Source: an uncultured Bacteroidota bacterium (lineage in GTDB: Bacteria > Bacteroidota > Bacteroidia > Chitinophagales > Chitinophagaceae). From it: DNA of 64,000 nt. Of the stretch, positions 56,846 through 64,000 are shown piece after piece. A program made the position numbers and the translations under genes. Numbering within the stretch: position 1 is the stretch's first letter; each line of letters opens with the position of its first letter. The stretch is from contig CAIKZP010000031.1 in the NCBI GenBank assembly GCA_903831935.1, forward strand, positions 10,401 through 74,400. The letters run 5' to 3'. The notes below the pieces were generated by a model that had not been told where the DNA came from, did not search any database, and saw nothing but the letters and a program-made list of their open reading frames with translations.

Positions 56846-57565
56846 ATGCAAACATTACTGTATTCCTGTTTACTATCAGCTACCCTTTTGGTAGGAAGTC
56901 CTGATAAGAATGTAAAAAAAGAAACTGCAAAACCAAAAGGTTGGATTTCTTTGTTTGATGGAAAAACCACCAAAGGTTGGCATACGTTTGGTAAAACAAC
57001 AGTTGGAGAATACTGGAAAGTACAAGATGGCGCTTTGTTCTTAGACGCAGCTGCAAAGAAAGAAATGAAAGCACAAGGAGATGGCGATATATTATCTGAT
57101 GCCATTTTTGGAGATTTTGATTTAAAAGTTGATTGGAAAATTTCACCAAAAGGAAATAGTGGTATTATTTTTTGGGTACAAGACGATGCAGTAAAATATG
57201 AGCATGCTTTTCATACAGGACCTGAAGTTCAAGTACTTGATAACGACGGACACAGTGATGGAAAAATCATTAAACACAGAGCTGGAAACTTGTACGATTT
57301 AGTAGAAGGAAAAGAAGGTGCTGTAAAACCTGTTGGCGAATGGAATACTTGCGAAATAATTTGCAATAAAGGCAAAATGGAAATTATTTTAAATGGTACT
57401 TCAGTTGTAACAACCAATTATGGCGATGACAATTGGAGAGATATGATTTCAAAAAGCAAGTTTAAAAAGATGCCAGATTTTGGTAGAATTTTTAGTGGCA
57501 ATATTTGTTTACAAGACCATGGCAACGATGTATGGTTTAAAAACATCTTGATAAAAAAATTGTAA
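56846..57565 (+). CDS. DUF1080 (3-keto-disaccharide hydrolase-like) secreted protein
   Basis: Signal peptide. 'GWISLFDGKTTKGWHTFG', 'NSGIIFW', 'GPEVQVLDN' and 'WFKNILIKKL' are typical of the DUF1080 jelly-roll. Confidence 0.8.
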   Translation: MQTLLYSCLLSATLLVGSPDKNVKKETAKPKGWISLFDGKTTKGWHTFGKTTVGEYWKVQDGALFLDAAAKKEMKAQGDGDILSDAIFGDFDLKVDWKISPKGNSGIIFWVQDDAVKYEHAFHTGPEVQVLDNDGHSDGKIIKHRAGNLYDLVEGKEGAVKPVGEWNTCEIICNKGKMEIILNGTSVVTTNYGDDNWRDMISKSKFKKMPDFGRIFSGNICLQDHGNDVWFKNILIKKL

Positions 57566-57589
57566 GTAAGCTTCCAACAATAGAGAGAT

Positions 57590-57681
57590 TGTCTCATTAA
57601 TAAAAGTTCTATTATTGATCTGCACTGTTTAGTGATAGATACGTTTGTAGCGCATTTTATTAATGAGGCAGTTTTTTTTTT
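57590..57681 (+). terminator. Long-stem hairpin plus T10 run (terminator-like, with 49-nt loop)
   Basis: TGTCTCATTAATAAAA (57590-57605) pairs with TTTTATTAATGAGGCA (57655-57670). That is 16 bp including one G-U. It is followed by G + T10. Confidence 0.5.
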
Positions 57682-57742
57682 AGGTAATGCTACTCGCTTC
57701 TTAAACTACTATTTCATTCTTTATTTTATTTAACTTGCCGCT

Positions 57743-58189
57743 ATGCAAGAGCACAATGATGAATATTTTATGCAGCAGGCCCTTAATGAGGCACAGAAAG
57801 CATTTGATGCAGACGAAGTTCCAGTGGGTGCCGTAGTGGTTATGAACAATAAAATCATTGCACGAGGGCACAACCAAGTTGAATTATTAAACGATGCAAC
57901 AGCACATGCAGAAATATTAGCACTTACTGCAGCTTTTAATTTTATGGGCGCCAAATATTTGCCAGAAGCAAGCTTGTATGTAACACTTGAGCCTTGTTTA
58001 ATGTGTGCTGGTGCACTTTATTGGAGTAAAATAGGGCGTGTTGTATATGGCGCCTCCGATGCAAAAAACGGCTACCGCTTTCATACCAAAGAAGCAGGCC
58101 CTTTTCATCCCAAAACCATTTTAGAATTTGGTATTTTAGAAGCAGACTGTGCTTTTTTAATTCAAAGTTTTTTTAGGAATAAGCGATAG
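57743..58189 (+). CDS. tadA: tRNA adenosine(34) deaminase
   Basis: 'EVPVGAVVV', 'HAEILAL' and 'TLEPCLMCAGAL' form the CDA zinc motif. Confidence 0.9.
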   Translation: MQEHNDEYFMQQALNEAQKAFDADEVPVGAVVVMNNKIIARGHNQVELLNDATAHAEILALTAAFNFMGAKYLPEASLYVTLEPCLMCAGALYWSKIGRVVYGASDAKNGYRFHTKEAGPFHPKTILEFGILEADCAFLIQSFFRNKR

Positions 58190-58290
58190 GGTTGAAATGT
58201 TTTCGAGTTCAGAAACAATTAATATACACTTATACTTAAATCCATAATTACCAAGTAAATTTGCTTTCTTAATAATTAAAACTAGTTTTT

Positions 58291-58896
58291 ATGTCATTTA
58301 CACTTGCACCTTTACCTTATGCACATGAGGCTTTAGAACCCCATATTGATACTACAACCATGCAAATTCACCATGGAAAGCACCACCAAGCTTATGTAGA
58401 CAATTTAAACAAAGCAATTGCTGGTACTCCAAACGAAGGCAAATCTTTGGCAGAAATAGTAGCTGTTGCAGGTAGCATTAGCCCAGCTGTTCGTAACAAT
58501 GGCGGTGGTCATTGGAACCATACTTTCTTTTGGGAAAGTTTAGCTCCTAATGCTGGCGGAAATCCAACAGGTGCTTTGGCTGATGCCATCACTGCCGCTT
58601 TTGGTTCATTTGATGCTTTTAAAGAAAAATTTGCAACAGCAGGTATGACTCGTTTTGGAAGCGGTTGGGCTTGGTTGATTGTAAAAGATGGCAAACTAGA
58701 AGTTAGTTCAACACCTAATCAAGACAATCCTTTAATGGATATTGCAGAAACAAAAGGTCATCCAATTTTGGGTGCCGATGTTTGGGAACATGCTTACTAT
58801 TTAAAATACCAAAATCGTCGTGCAGACTATCTTGCGGCTTTTTGGCATGTAGTAAATTGGAGCAAAGTTGCCGAGCGTTTTGCAGCAGCTGTTTAG
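58291..58896 (+). CDS. Fe/Mn superoxide dismutase
   Basis: '[22 protein letters not shown]', 'GGGHWNH' and 'DVWEHAYYL'. Metal specificity cannot be decided by eye. Confidence 0.95.
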   Translation: MSFTLAPLPYAHEALEPHIDTTTMQIHHGKHHQAYVDNLNKAIAGTPNEGKSLAEIVAVAGSISPAVRNNGGGHWNHTFFWESLAPNAGGNPTGALADAITAAFGSFDAFKEKFATAGMTRFGSGWAWLIVKDGKLEVSSTPNQDNPLMDIAETKGHPILGADVWEHAYYLKYQNRRADYLAAFWHVVNWSKVAERFAAAV

Positions 58897-58920
58897 TTTT
58901 CAATAAAATAATTTAGTTTT

Positions 58921-58956
58921 AATCCCGAGTAAAGAAATTGCTCGGGATTATTTTTT
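58921..58956 (+). terminator. Rho-independent terminator after sod
   Basis: AATCCCGAG-(11 nt)-CTCGGGATT followed by a T-run. Confidence 0.8.
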
Positions 58957-58968
58957 AAACCAACTATT

Positions 58969-59568
58969 ATGCAAAAGACACTTGTTGCTTTATTGATGCT
59001 TACTTTGTTTACTGCTTGCGGCGGAACTAGCAAACGAATTGTTGTAATGAGTAAAGGCACTGCTACTTTTAACGAAGCTGCAAAAACCATTACTGCTAAA
59101 GACGGTACAGGTCATGAACAAAAAACAATTAGTTTTAGTGATGCAGTAGTAGATTTAAAATTAATTGCACCTGCAGGCGAAGCGCAAATTTCCTTAAAGG
59201 ACAATGGCCTCTATATTTTAAACGTAAAGAATGATACCATAGTTGGTAGTTACCAAAAATATACCACTCAAAGCGATGCCCATAATTTAGTAACGCAAGA
59301 AGATTTAAAACACAAGATTGATTCTTTGCAACAATTAATTATTGGCAAAAATGCAAGTGCTGCCAATAGAAACTTTTTTATCCTTCCCAACCAAGTAGTT
59401 AAAATATCCAACAATTTAGAGTCTACTGTGGTAAGTCCTTACCACCAAATGCTTTCAGCCGAAAAAGTTGAAGGAAAAGAACCAGAAATTTATAGATTTT
59501 TTAGTGTGAAAGAAGTACGCGAAACCATTGCAAAATTAGAGGCCTTAACCAAGCCTACCACTAAATAA
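58969..59568 (+). CDS. Hypothetical lipoprotein
   Basis: Lipobox 'LTLFTACGG'. No recognisable domain. Confidence 0.5.
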   Translation: MQKTLVALLMLTLFTACGGTSKRIVVMSKGTATFNEAAKTITAKDGTGHEQKTISFSDAVVDLKLIAPAGEAQISLKDNGLYILNVKNDTIVGSYQKYTTQSDAHNLVTQEDLKHKIDSLQQLIIGKNASAANRNFFILPNQVVKISNNLESTVVSPYHQMLSAEKVEGKEPEIYRFFSVKEVRETIAKLEALTKPTTK

Positions 59569-59569
59569 A

Positions 59570-59827
59570 CTAAGGCACCGGATCGTATCCATGCGAACCA
59601 CCTGGCCTGCATTTACTAATTCTTTTAATAGAAAGCCAACCGCCTTTTATTAAACCGTGCTTTTGTAAGGCAGTTGCCGTGTATTGCGAACAGGTAGGGG
59701 TAAACCTACATTTAGGACCCATTACAGGAGAAATAATGTATTGGTAGATTCTGATTAGTAAAATAAAAGGAGCGATTACAATGGCTTTTAAAATGTCAAG
59801 TCCCGCTTTAATAATTGAATGATTCAT
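59570..59827 (-). CDS. yidD: Membrane protein insertion efficiency factor YidD
   Basis: ATG 59827. '[22 protein letters not shown]' and '[17 protein letters not shown]'. The track start at 59902 overlaps rnpA. Confidence 0.85.
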   Translation of the reverse strand: MNHSIIKAGLDILKAIVIAPFILLIRIYQYIISPVMGPKCRFTPTCSQYTATALQKHGLIKGGWLSIKRISKCRPGGSHGYDPVP

Positions 59828-59837
59828 CGAGTTGTTT

Positions 59838-60224
59838 TTATTGAAACGTTTCGCTAATCTTTTGTAATGCTGCAGCCATTTTTGTTTGAATAAGTGCGGC
59901 ATCTGGCAACTCTTTTCCTACGTATAAAAAAAAGAGTAGTTTTTGCTTAGGCGTTGTTTCAGTAAAATGTAATAATTGTTTTTGTGTGCGATAAGATTCG
60001 CGCAATAAACGTTTAATTCTATTTCTGTCAACTGCTTTTTTAAAATGCCTTGAGCTCACTCCAACACCTACTTGCATTGAAACCTCCAATGGTAGTTCAA
60101 CACTTTGATAAATTAATTTAATAGGATAACAACTAATAGATTTTCCTTTCGCAAAAATGCCATTCAAAAGCTTACGGCTTTTTAGCTTTTCGTTGTGCGA
60201 ATAAGAAAATGGTTGGTTGCGCAT
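59838..60224 (-). CDS. rnpA: Ribonuclease P protein component
   Basis: Basic 128-aa protein with '[16 protein letters not shown]' (RNR motif). Sits in the rpmH-rnpA-yidD context. Confidence 0.85.
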   Translation of the reverse strand: MRNQPFSYSHNEKLKSRKLLNGIFAKGKSISCYPIKLIYQSVELPLEVSMQVGVGVSSRHFKKAVDRNRIKRLLRESYRTQKQLLHFTETTPKQKLLFFLYVGKELPDAALIQTKMAAALQKISETFQ

Positions 60225-60290
60225 ATTTACAAAACTAAAAAAGCCCCATCAAAAGATGAGGCTAAATATTTTTACGGCTAGGCCGAGGTA

Positions 60291-60446
60291 TTATTTTAAT
60301 CCTTTTTCGCTAGAAACACTTAGTTTCTTGCGACCTTTCGCTCTACGGCTGCTTAATACTTTGCGGCCATTAGCAGACTCCATACGTTTACGAAAACCGT
60401 GAACGGTTTTACGACGACGTTTGTGTGGTTGGAATGTACGTTTCAT
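60291..60446 (-). CDS. rpmH: 50S ribosomal protein L34 (51 aa, absent from the ORF track)
   Basis: Hand translation of the minus strand gives [51 protein letters not shown], the canonical L34. Confidence 0.95.
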   Translation of the reverse strand: MKRTFQPHKRRRKTVHGFRKRMESANGRKVLSSRRAKGRKKLSVSSEKGLK

Positions 60447-60668
60447 GATATCGTTTTTTTACTAACCCGGTAATATTGTTACATTTCATGCCTGCAGTCA
60501 CCATACTGCTGCTTGTGAAAGGACGGCAAAGGTAATGGTTGTACACGAAAAGGCAAAGGAATAGCAAAAAAAGCAGCGAAAAAAACTCAGAAACCTTTCT
60601 GCCATTCAGTTTCTATACAAAATAAAGAATGGTTTTAGCATTTATTTTAGCTAAATGAAAAATGTTAA

Positions 60669-61496
60669 TCACTGTAAATCAATATGTTGAGAACATACTG
60701 GGGCGCCAAAAAACAATGCCGCGTGTTTGTCAAAATCGGCCGAATCATCTGTTGTAAAAAATTGAATTTCGCCAGTTAGGCTGCATTTATTGGCAATATT
60801 TGTGTGTCTTTCTAAATAATTGGCCAAACTCTTGGCAACAATTTCACCTTGTGAAACAAACTGAATATTTGATGGCGCAAATTGCTGGATCTTTTTTAAC
60901 AAAAGCGGATAATGCGTACAGGCCAATAAAACTGTATCAATTTCAGGAGATTGGGCCAATAATTGCTGCAAGTTTTTTTGTACAAAATAGTCGGCGCCTG
61001 CTTGGTTAAACTCGCCGTTTTCAATTAATGGAACCCACATGGGGCAGGCTTCTTGAAAAACCTGAATAGCCGGGAAAAATTTTTCAATTTCTATCGGGTA
61101 ACTATTGCTTAAAACCGTTCCATTGGTGCCTAAAATACCAATATTTCCTGTTTTGGAATAGTTGCCTATAATTTCTGTTGTGGGCCTTATTACGCCTAAT
61201 ACCCTTTTGCCAGGAGCCAATTTTGGTAAGTCTTTTTGTTGGATGGTGCGCAATGCTTTTGCAGAGGCCGTATTGCAGGCAAGAATAACCAACTCACAAC
61301 CTTGTTCAAAAAACCAATTAACCGCTTCTAAAGTATATTGATAAACCGTATCAAAAGAACGAGGGCCATAGGGTGCGCGTGCATTATCTCCTAAATAGAG
61401 GTAATCGTATTGGGGCAATACTTGTACCATTTCTTTTAGTACCGTTAATCCGCCATAACCGCTATCAAATACACCAATGGGCTTTTTGAGGTTCAT
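60669..61496 (-). CDS. murI: Glutamate racemase
   Basis: 'GVFDSGYGGLTV', 'ILACNTASA' and 'LLACTHYPLL' (two catalytic Cys motifs). Confidence 0.9.
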   Translation of the reverse strand: MNLKKPIGVFDSGYGGLTVLKEMVQVLPQYDYLYLGDNARAPYGPRSFDTVYQYTLEAVNWFFEQGCELVILACNTASAKALRTIQQKDLPKLAPGKRVLGVIRPTTEIIGNYSKTGNIGILGTNGTVLSNSYPIEIEKFFPAIQVFQEACPMWVPLIENGEFNQAGADYFVQKNLQQLLAQSPEIDTVLLACTHYPLLLKKIQQFAPSNIQFVSQGEIVAKSLANYLERHTNIANKCSLTGEIQFFTTDDSADFDKHAALFFGAPVCSQHIDLQ

Positions 61497-61610
61497 GCTA
61501 CAAAATTAAGCGAAGAACGCTTACATAATCAATTAGAAAAAACGATGCCAATAACCGAAAGGCGAATTTAAAAATCAATCCATCAAATAAAATCAACAGA
61601 ACCCATTTTC

Positions 61611-61646
61611 AAAAAAAATAGGCTGCCTCATTTGAGACAGCCTATT
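61611..61646 (-). terminator. Rho-independent terminator after skp
   Basis: The minus strand reads TAGGCTGTCTCA-AA-TGAGGCAGCCTA followed by T8. Confidence 0.75.
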
Positions 61647-61717
61647 TCTATAAAATATATAAGCTTGAATTTATTGCTAATGATTGGTTGCCCAAACATT
61701 TAGCGAATAAAATACTA

Positions 61718-62317
61718 CTATTTTGTTTTAGCAGCAGGCTTTGTTGGCGCTGCAGCAGCTGGAACAGGAACCCCTTGGTTCTTAAGTTCGTCAATTACTT
61801 CTTTAGGCAAGTTCAATTTCAAATCTTGCGCAACTTTAATAGAAAGGTTGTCGCCGATTGGAGATTTCAACAATGCATCGTTACGAAAAACATGGGTATA
61901 TTTTTGTTCACGGATGATTTTTTCTAATGAAGCATAGATTTTTTGCTTGTAAGGAACCAATAGTTCATCTTGTTTTGCACGAACTGATTCTTGTTGGAAT
62001 TGTTGCCAATTCACCAATTTGTATTTTAATTGGTTCAATTCTTTGGTAGCTTGCTCTCTAGCTCTTGCTGGCATAGTAGCAGAATCTTTTCTGTAGATAC
62101 TATCTCTGCGATTGAACTCAAGTACACTGTATTCGTAATCTACTTGTAAAGAGTCTTTTGCATAACTCTGTAAAGCTGCGGAAACCTTGTCAATATCCGG
62201 CATTAAACCCAAAACGCTTTCTTCGTCAAAAGTGCCTATTTTGGTTTGAGCGTTGGTGTGATTAGTGAACAATAGGCTTGCTACAACAGCCACACACACA
62301 AATAATACTTTCTTCAT
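61718..62317 (-). CDS. OmpH/Skp family periplasmic chaperone
   Basis: Signal peptide and coiled-coil-rich 199-aa protein, downstream of bamA and a second skp. Confidence 0.8.
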   Translation of the reverse strand: MKKVLFVCVAVVASLLFTNHTNAQTKIGTFDEESVLGLMPDIDKVSAALQSYAKDSLQVDYEYSVLEFNRRDSIYRKDSATMPARAREQATKELNQLKYKLVNWQQFQQESVRAKQDELLVPYKQKIYASLEKIIREQKYTHVFRNDALLKSPIGDNLSIKVAQDLKLNLPKEVIDELKNQGVPVPAAAAPTKPAAKTK

Positions 62318-62344
62318 TTTTGTGAATTTATAATTGATAGTTGT

Positions 62345-62860
62345 TTAAAATTTTATCCCTAACTCTTTTAAAACGTCGTCGCTTTTATCCAATTTAGGGT
62401 CGGCAAATATAATGGTAATTCCTTCACTTTTATCTAGTACAAAATCAAAAGCTTTGGCAACCGCTATTTTTTGAATGGCATTGTACACCTTGTCTTGAAT
62501 AGGTTTAACCAATCGTTGGCGTTCTTTAAAAAGGTCGCCTTCGTAACCAAAACGTCTTTTTTGCAAGTCCCTGATTTCTTTCTCCTTCACAAAAAGCTCT
62601 TCTTCACGTTTCTTTTTCAACTCATCGGTTAACATAAACTGCTCTGCTTCGTAATTCTTGTACATTTTATCTAGCGCAGCCTGTTTGTCGTCTATCTCTT
62701 TCTGCCATTGCAAACTAACGGCTTGTAATTTTTTATCGGCGTCTTTGTACTCTGGAATTTTATCTAAAATATACTTGGTATCAATTACTGCATAACGTTG
62801 TTGTGCAGATGCAATACCCGCAAAACCAAGCAATAAGCAAAGAATTAAAGTATTTTTCAT
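62345..62860 (-). CDS. OmpH/Skp family periplasmic chaperone
   Basis: Signal peptide. 'RYAVIDTKYILDKIPEYKDA..LQ..Q.E' is the typical Skp N-terminus, followed by coiled coil. Confidence 0.85.
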   Translation of the reverse strand: MKNTLILCLLLGFAGIASAQQRYAVIDTKYILDKIPEYKDADKKLQAVSLQWQKEIDDKQAALDKMYKNYEAEQFMLTDELKKKREEELFVKEKEIRDLQKRRFGYEGDLFKERQRLVKPIQDKVYNAIQKIAVAKAFDFVLDKSEGITIIFADPKLDKSDDVLKELGIKF

Positions 62861-62868
62861 AAAGTTGT

Positions 62869-64000
62869 TTATTCAGGTTCAAAGCCAAGCATAAATGTAA
62901 ATTTAGCTGCGTCTTTTAAAGTGCCATTTGGTGTGAAACGATCTAAACCAATACCATAATCAAATCCTAACAAACCAAACATAGGCAAAAAGAAGCGCAT
63001 ACCAATACCTACCGAACGACGCAACTGGAATGGATTGTAATCTTTCATAGAATACCAACCATTTGCTGCTTCAAAGAAACCTAAAGCATAAATCGTACTA
63101 CTAGGATTTAAACTTAAAGGATACCTCAACTCGGCAGTGTATTTATTAAAGATTGTAAAATATTGTCTGGTAGACTGTTGGTCTGGATTAACTTTTGGAT
63201 CAGATGTACTATAAACAGGATAGCCTCTTTGTGCAATGATATCGTATCCTAATAAAGCAAACTGGTTGCTTAAACCCGCATCACCCACCTGAAATCTTTC
63301 GAACGGTGAAATTTGAAGGTCTTGGTTATATCTACCCAAATAACCCAATTTAACCGAAGTACGAATTACAAATTGTTTGTGTTCTTCGCCAGTTGGTTTA
63401 CCCAATGGAATGAACCACTCGCCGTTAAAGCGCCATTTATGGTATTCAATCCATTCGTAAGGATTGGCAGAATTAGCTATCTTATTACTCAATAAAGTAT
63501 AAGGAGGCGTTAACTGAACGCTTGCCAAAAATGTTGATCCAGATCTAGGGAATAAAGGCTGATCAACAGAAGACCTTTGTAAAGAAAATTTCAAGTTCAC
63601 GTTATGCGCAAATCCCTTGTCAAAACCTGGAAGATTCATTGGATCAATGGCATAATTATTTAAATTATACCTAGTAAAGCTAAGCGCACTAGTTAATGAG
63701 AAATAGTCATCTGGCCATTTTAACTGTTTTGACAAAGCAACAGTTGCACCAGTGGTGGTAATAGAACTATTATCGGCATAGTTAGGGTCGTACATTCCAG
63801 TCAATGGATTGTATGTTTGACCGTATTTCGTATTATAGATACTAAAGGATAGTGCATTTCTTTTTTTGCCACCAAACCATGGTTCAGTAAACGAGAAATT
63901 ATAAGAACGGAATGCCTTACCATTACTTTGAATACGTAAACTTAGTTTTTGCCCATCACCCATTGGTAAAGGATCCCAAGCAGATTTTTTCAAAATATTT
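62869..64000 (-). CDS. bamA: Outer membrane protein assembly factor BamA, C-terminal beta-barrel (5' end outside window)
   Basis: The frame stays open to the right edge. Omp85 barrel motifs include 'RGY' and 'SVGIGMRFFLPMFGLLGFDYGIGLD'. Terminal '..FMLGFEPE'. Followed by two skp genes. Confidence 0.85.
   Translation of the reverse strand, partial: NILKKSAWDPLPMGDGQKLSLRIQSNGKAFRSYNFSFTEPWFGGKKRNALSFSIYNTKYGQTYNPLTGMYDPNYADNSSITTTGATVALSKQLKWPDDYFSLTSALSFTRYNLNNYAIDPMNLPGFDKGFAHNVNLKFSLQRSSVDQPLFPRSGSTFLASVQLTPPYTLLSNKIANSANPYEWIEYHKWRFNGEWFIPLGKPTGEEHKQFVIRTSVKLGYLGRYNQDLQISPFERFQVGDAGLSNQFALLGYDIIAQRGYPVYSTSDPKVNPDQQSTRQYFTIFNKYTAELRYPLSLNPSSTIYALGFFEAANGWYSMKDYNPFQLRRSVGIGMRFFLPMFGLLGFDYGIGLDRFTPNGTLKDAAKFTFMLGFEPE

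Noticed and set aside
60217-60402. 61-aa plus-strand ORF between rnpA and murI.
   Set aside because: It is antisense to a textbook rpmH (L34) gene at 60291..60446 on the minus strand, so it is a shadow ORF.
60447-60668. 222-nt gap upstream of rpmH with a repeated CCTTTGCC and a 'GTGAAAGGACGGCAAAGG' stretch. It was considered as a possible SRP/4.5S or other small RNA.
   Set aside because: It has no GGAA-tetraloop/AGCAGC-type SRP domain IV signature and no tRNA-like structure. The simplest explanation is the murI 3' region plus the rpmH promoter/leader.
1-64000. A scan for CRISPR arrays, tRNA/rRNA genes, IS elements, toxin-antitoxin pairs, restriction-modification systems or other defence systems.
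   Set aside because: I could find no regularly spaced repeats, cloverleaf-like segments in intergenic gaps, transposase/integrase motifs, or nuclease/helicase/ATPase defence-type gene combinations. The scan was by eye only.

Overview
AT-rich bacterial chromosomal segment. Gene content and order point to Bacteroidota, probably Chitinophagales or Sphingobacteriales: rpmH-rnpA-yidD, bamA-skp-skp-murI, coaX-porin-lptC, a THX ribosomal protein, and TAnnTTTG-type -7 boxes. The taxonomic call is inference only. Coding density is high: about 65 CDS, with no rRNA, tRNA, CRISPR array, transposase or integrase that I can see.

Content from left to right:
- A truncated Nramp-type transporter.
- Two tandem TonB-dependent receptors. 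The downstream one sits behind a clear cobalamin riboswitch.
- xth, HU, and an unannotated THX ribosomal protein.
- A five-gene minus-strand operon of exported proteins: YHYH, PEBP, two metallophosphoesterases and a Tat-signal class-V PLP enzyme.
- A glycosyltransferase/methyltransferase cluster with an embedded meaB.
- Housekeeping genes: coaX, lptC, tatC, rpiB and an M28 peptidase.
- A deoxyhypusine-synthase-like gene.
- A four-gene translationally coupled operon resembling the Bordetella lgmABC and Francisella flmF2/naxD/flmK amino-sugar envelope-modification pathways.
- Phospholipid genes (psd, cdsA), dusB, and a GPx-ALDH pair.
- A ~13 kb island for periplasmic oxidative sugar/glycoside metabolism. 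It holds Tat-exported Gfo/Idh/MocA and TIM-barrel enzymes, a GMC flavoprotein with a Tat 'hitch-hiker' subunit, DUF1080, a monoheme cytochrome c and an octaheme cytochrome-TPR fusion.
- tadA, sod, rpmH-rnpA-yidD, murI, two skp genes and the 3' part of bamA.

I do not see a clear-cut new system such as a defence island or mobile element. The most interesting candidates are the exported five-gene operon (6.5-12.7 kb), the lgm/nax-like operon (28.3-31.9 kb), and the respiratory-linked sugar oxidation island with its octaheme-TPR cytochrome (44.8-57.6 kb). All functional assignments come from motif recognition by eye, and no database search was run. Coordinates of non-coding motifs may be off by 1-2 nt.
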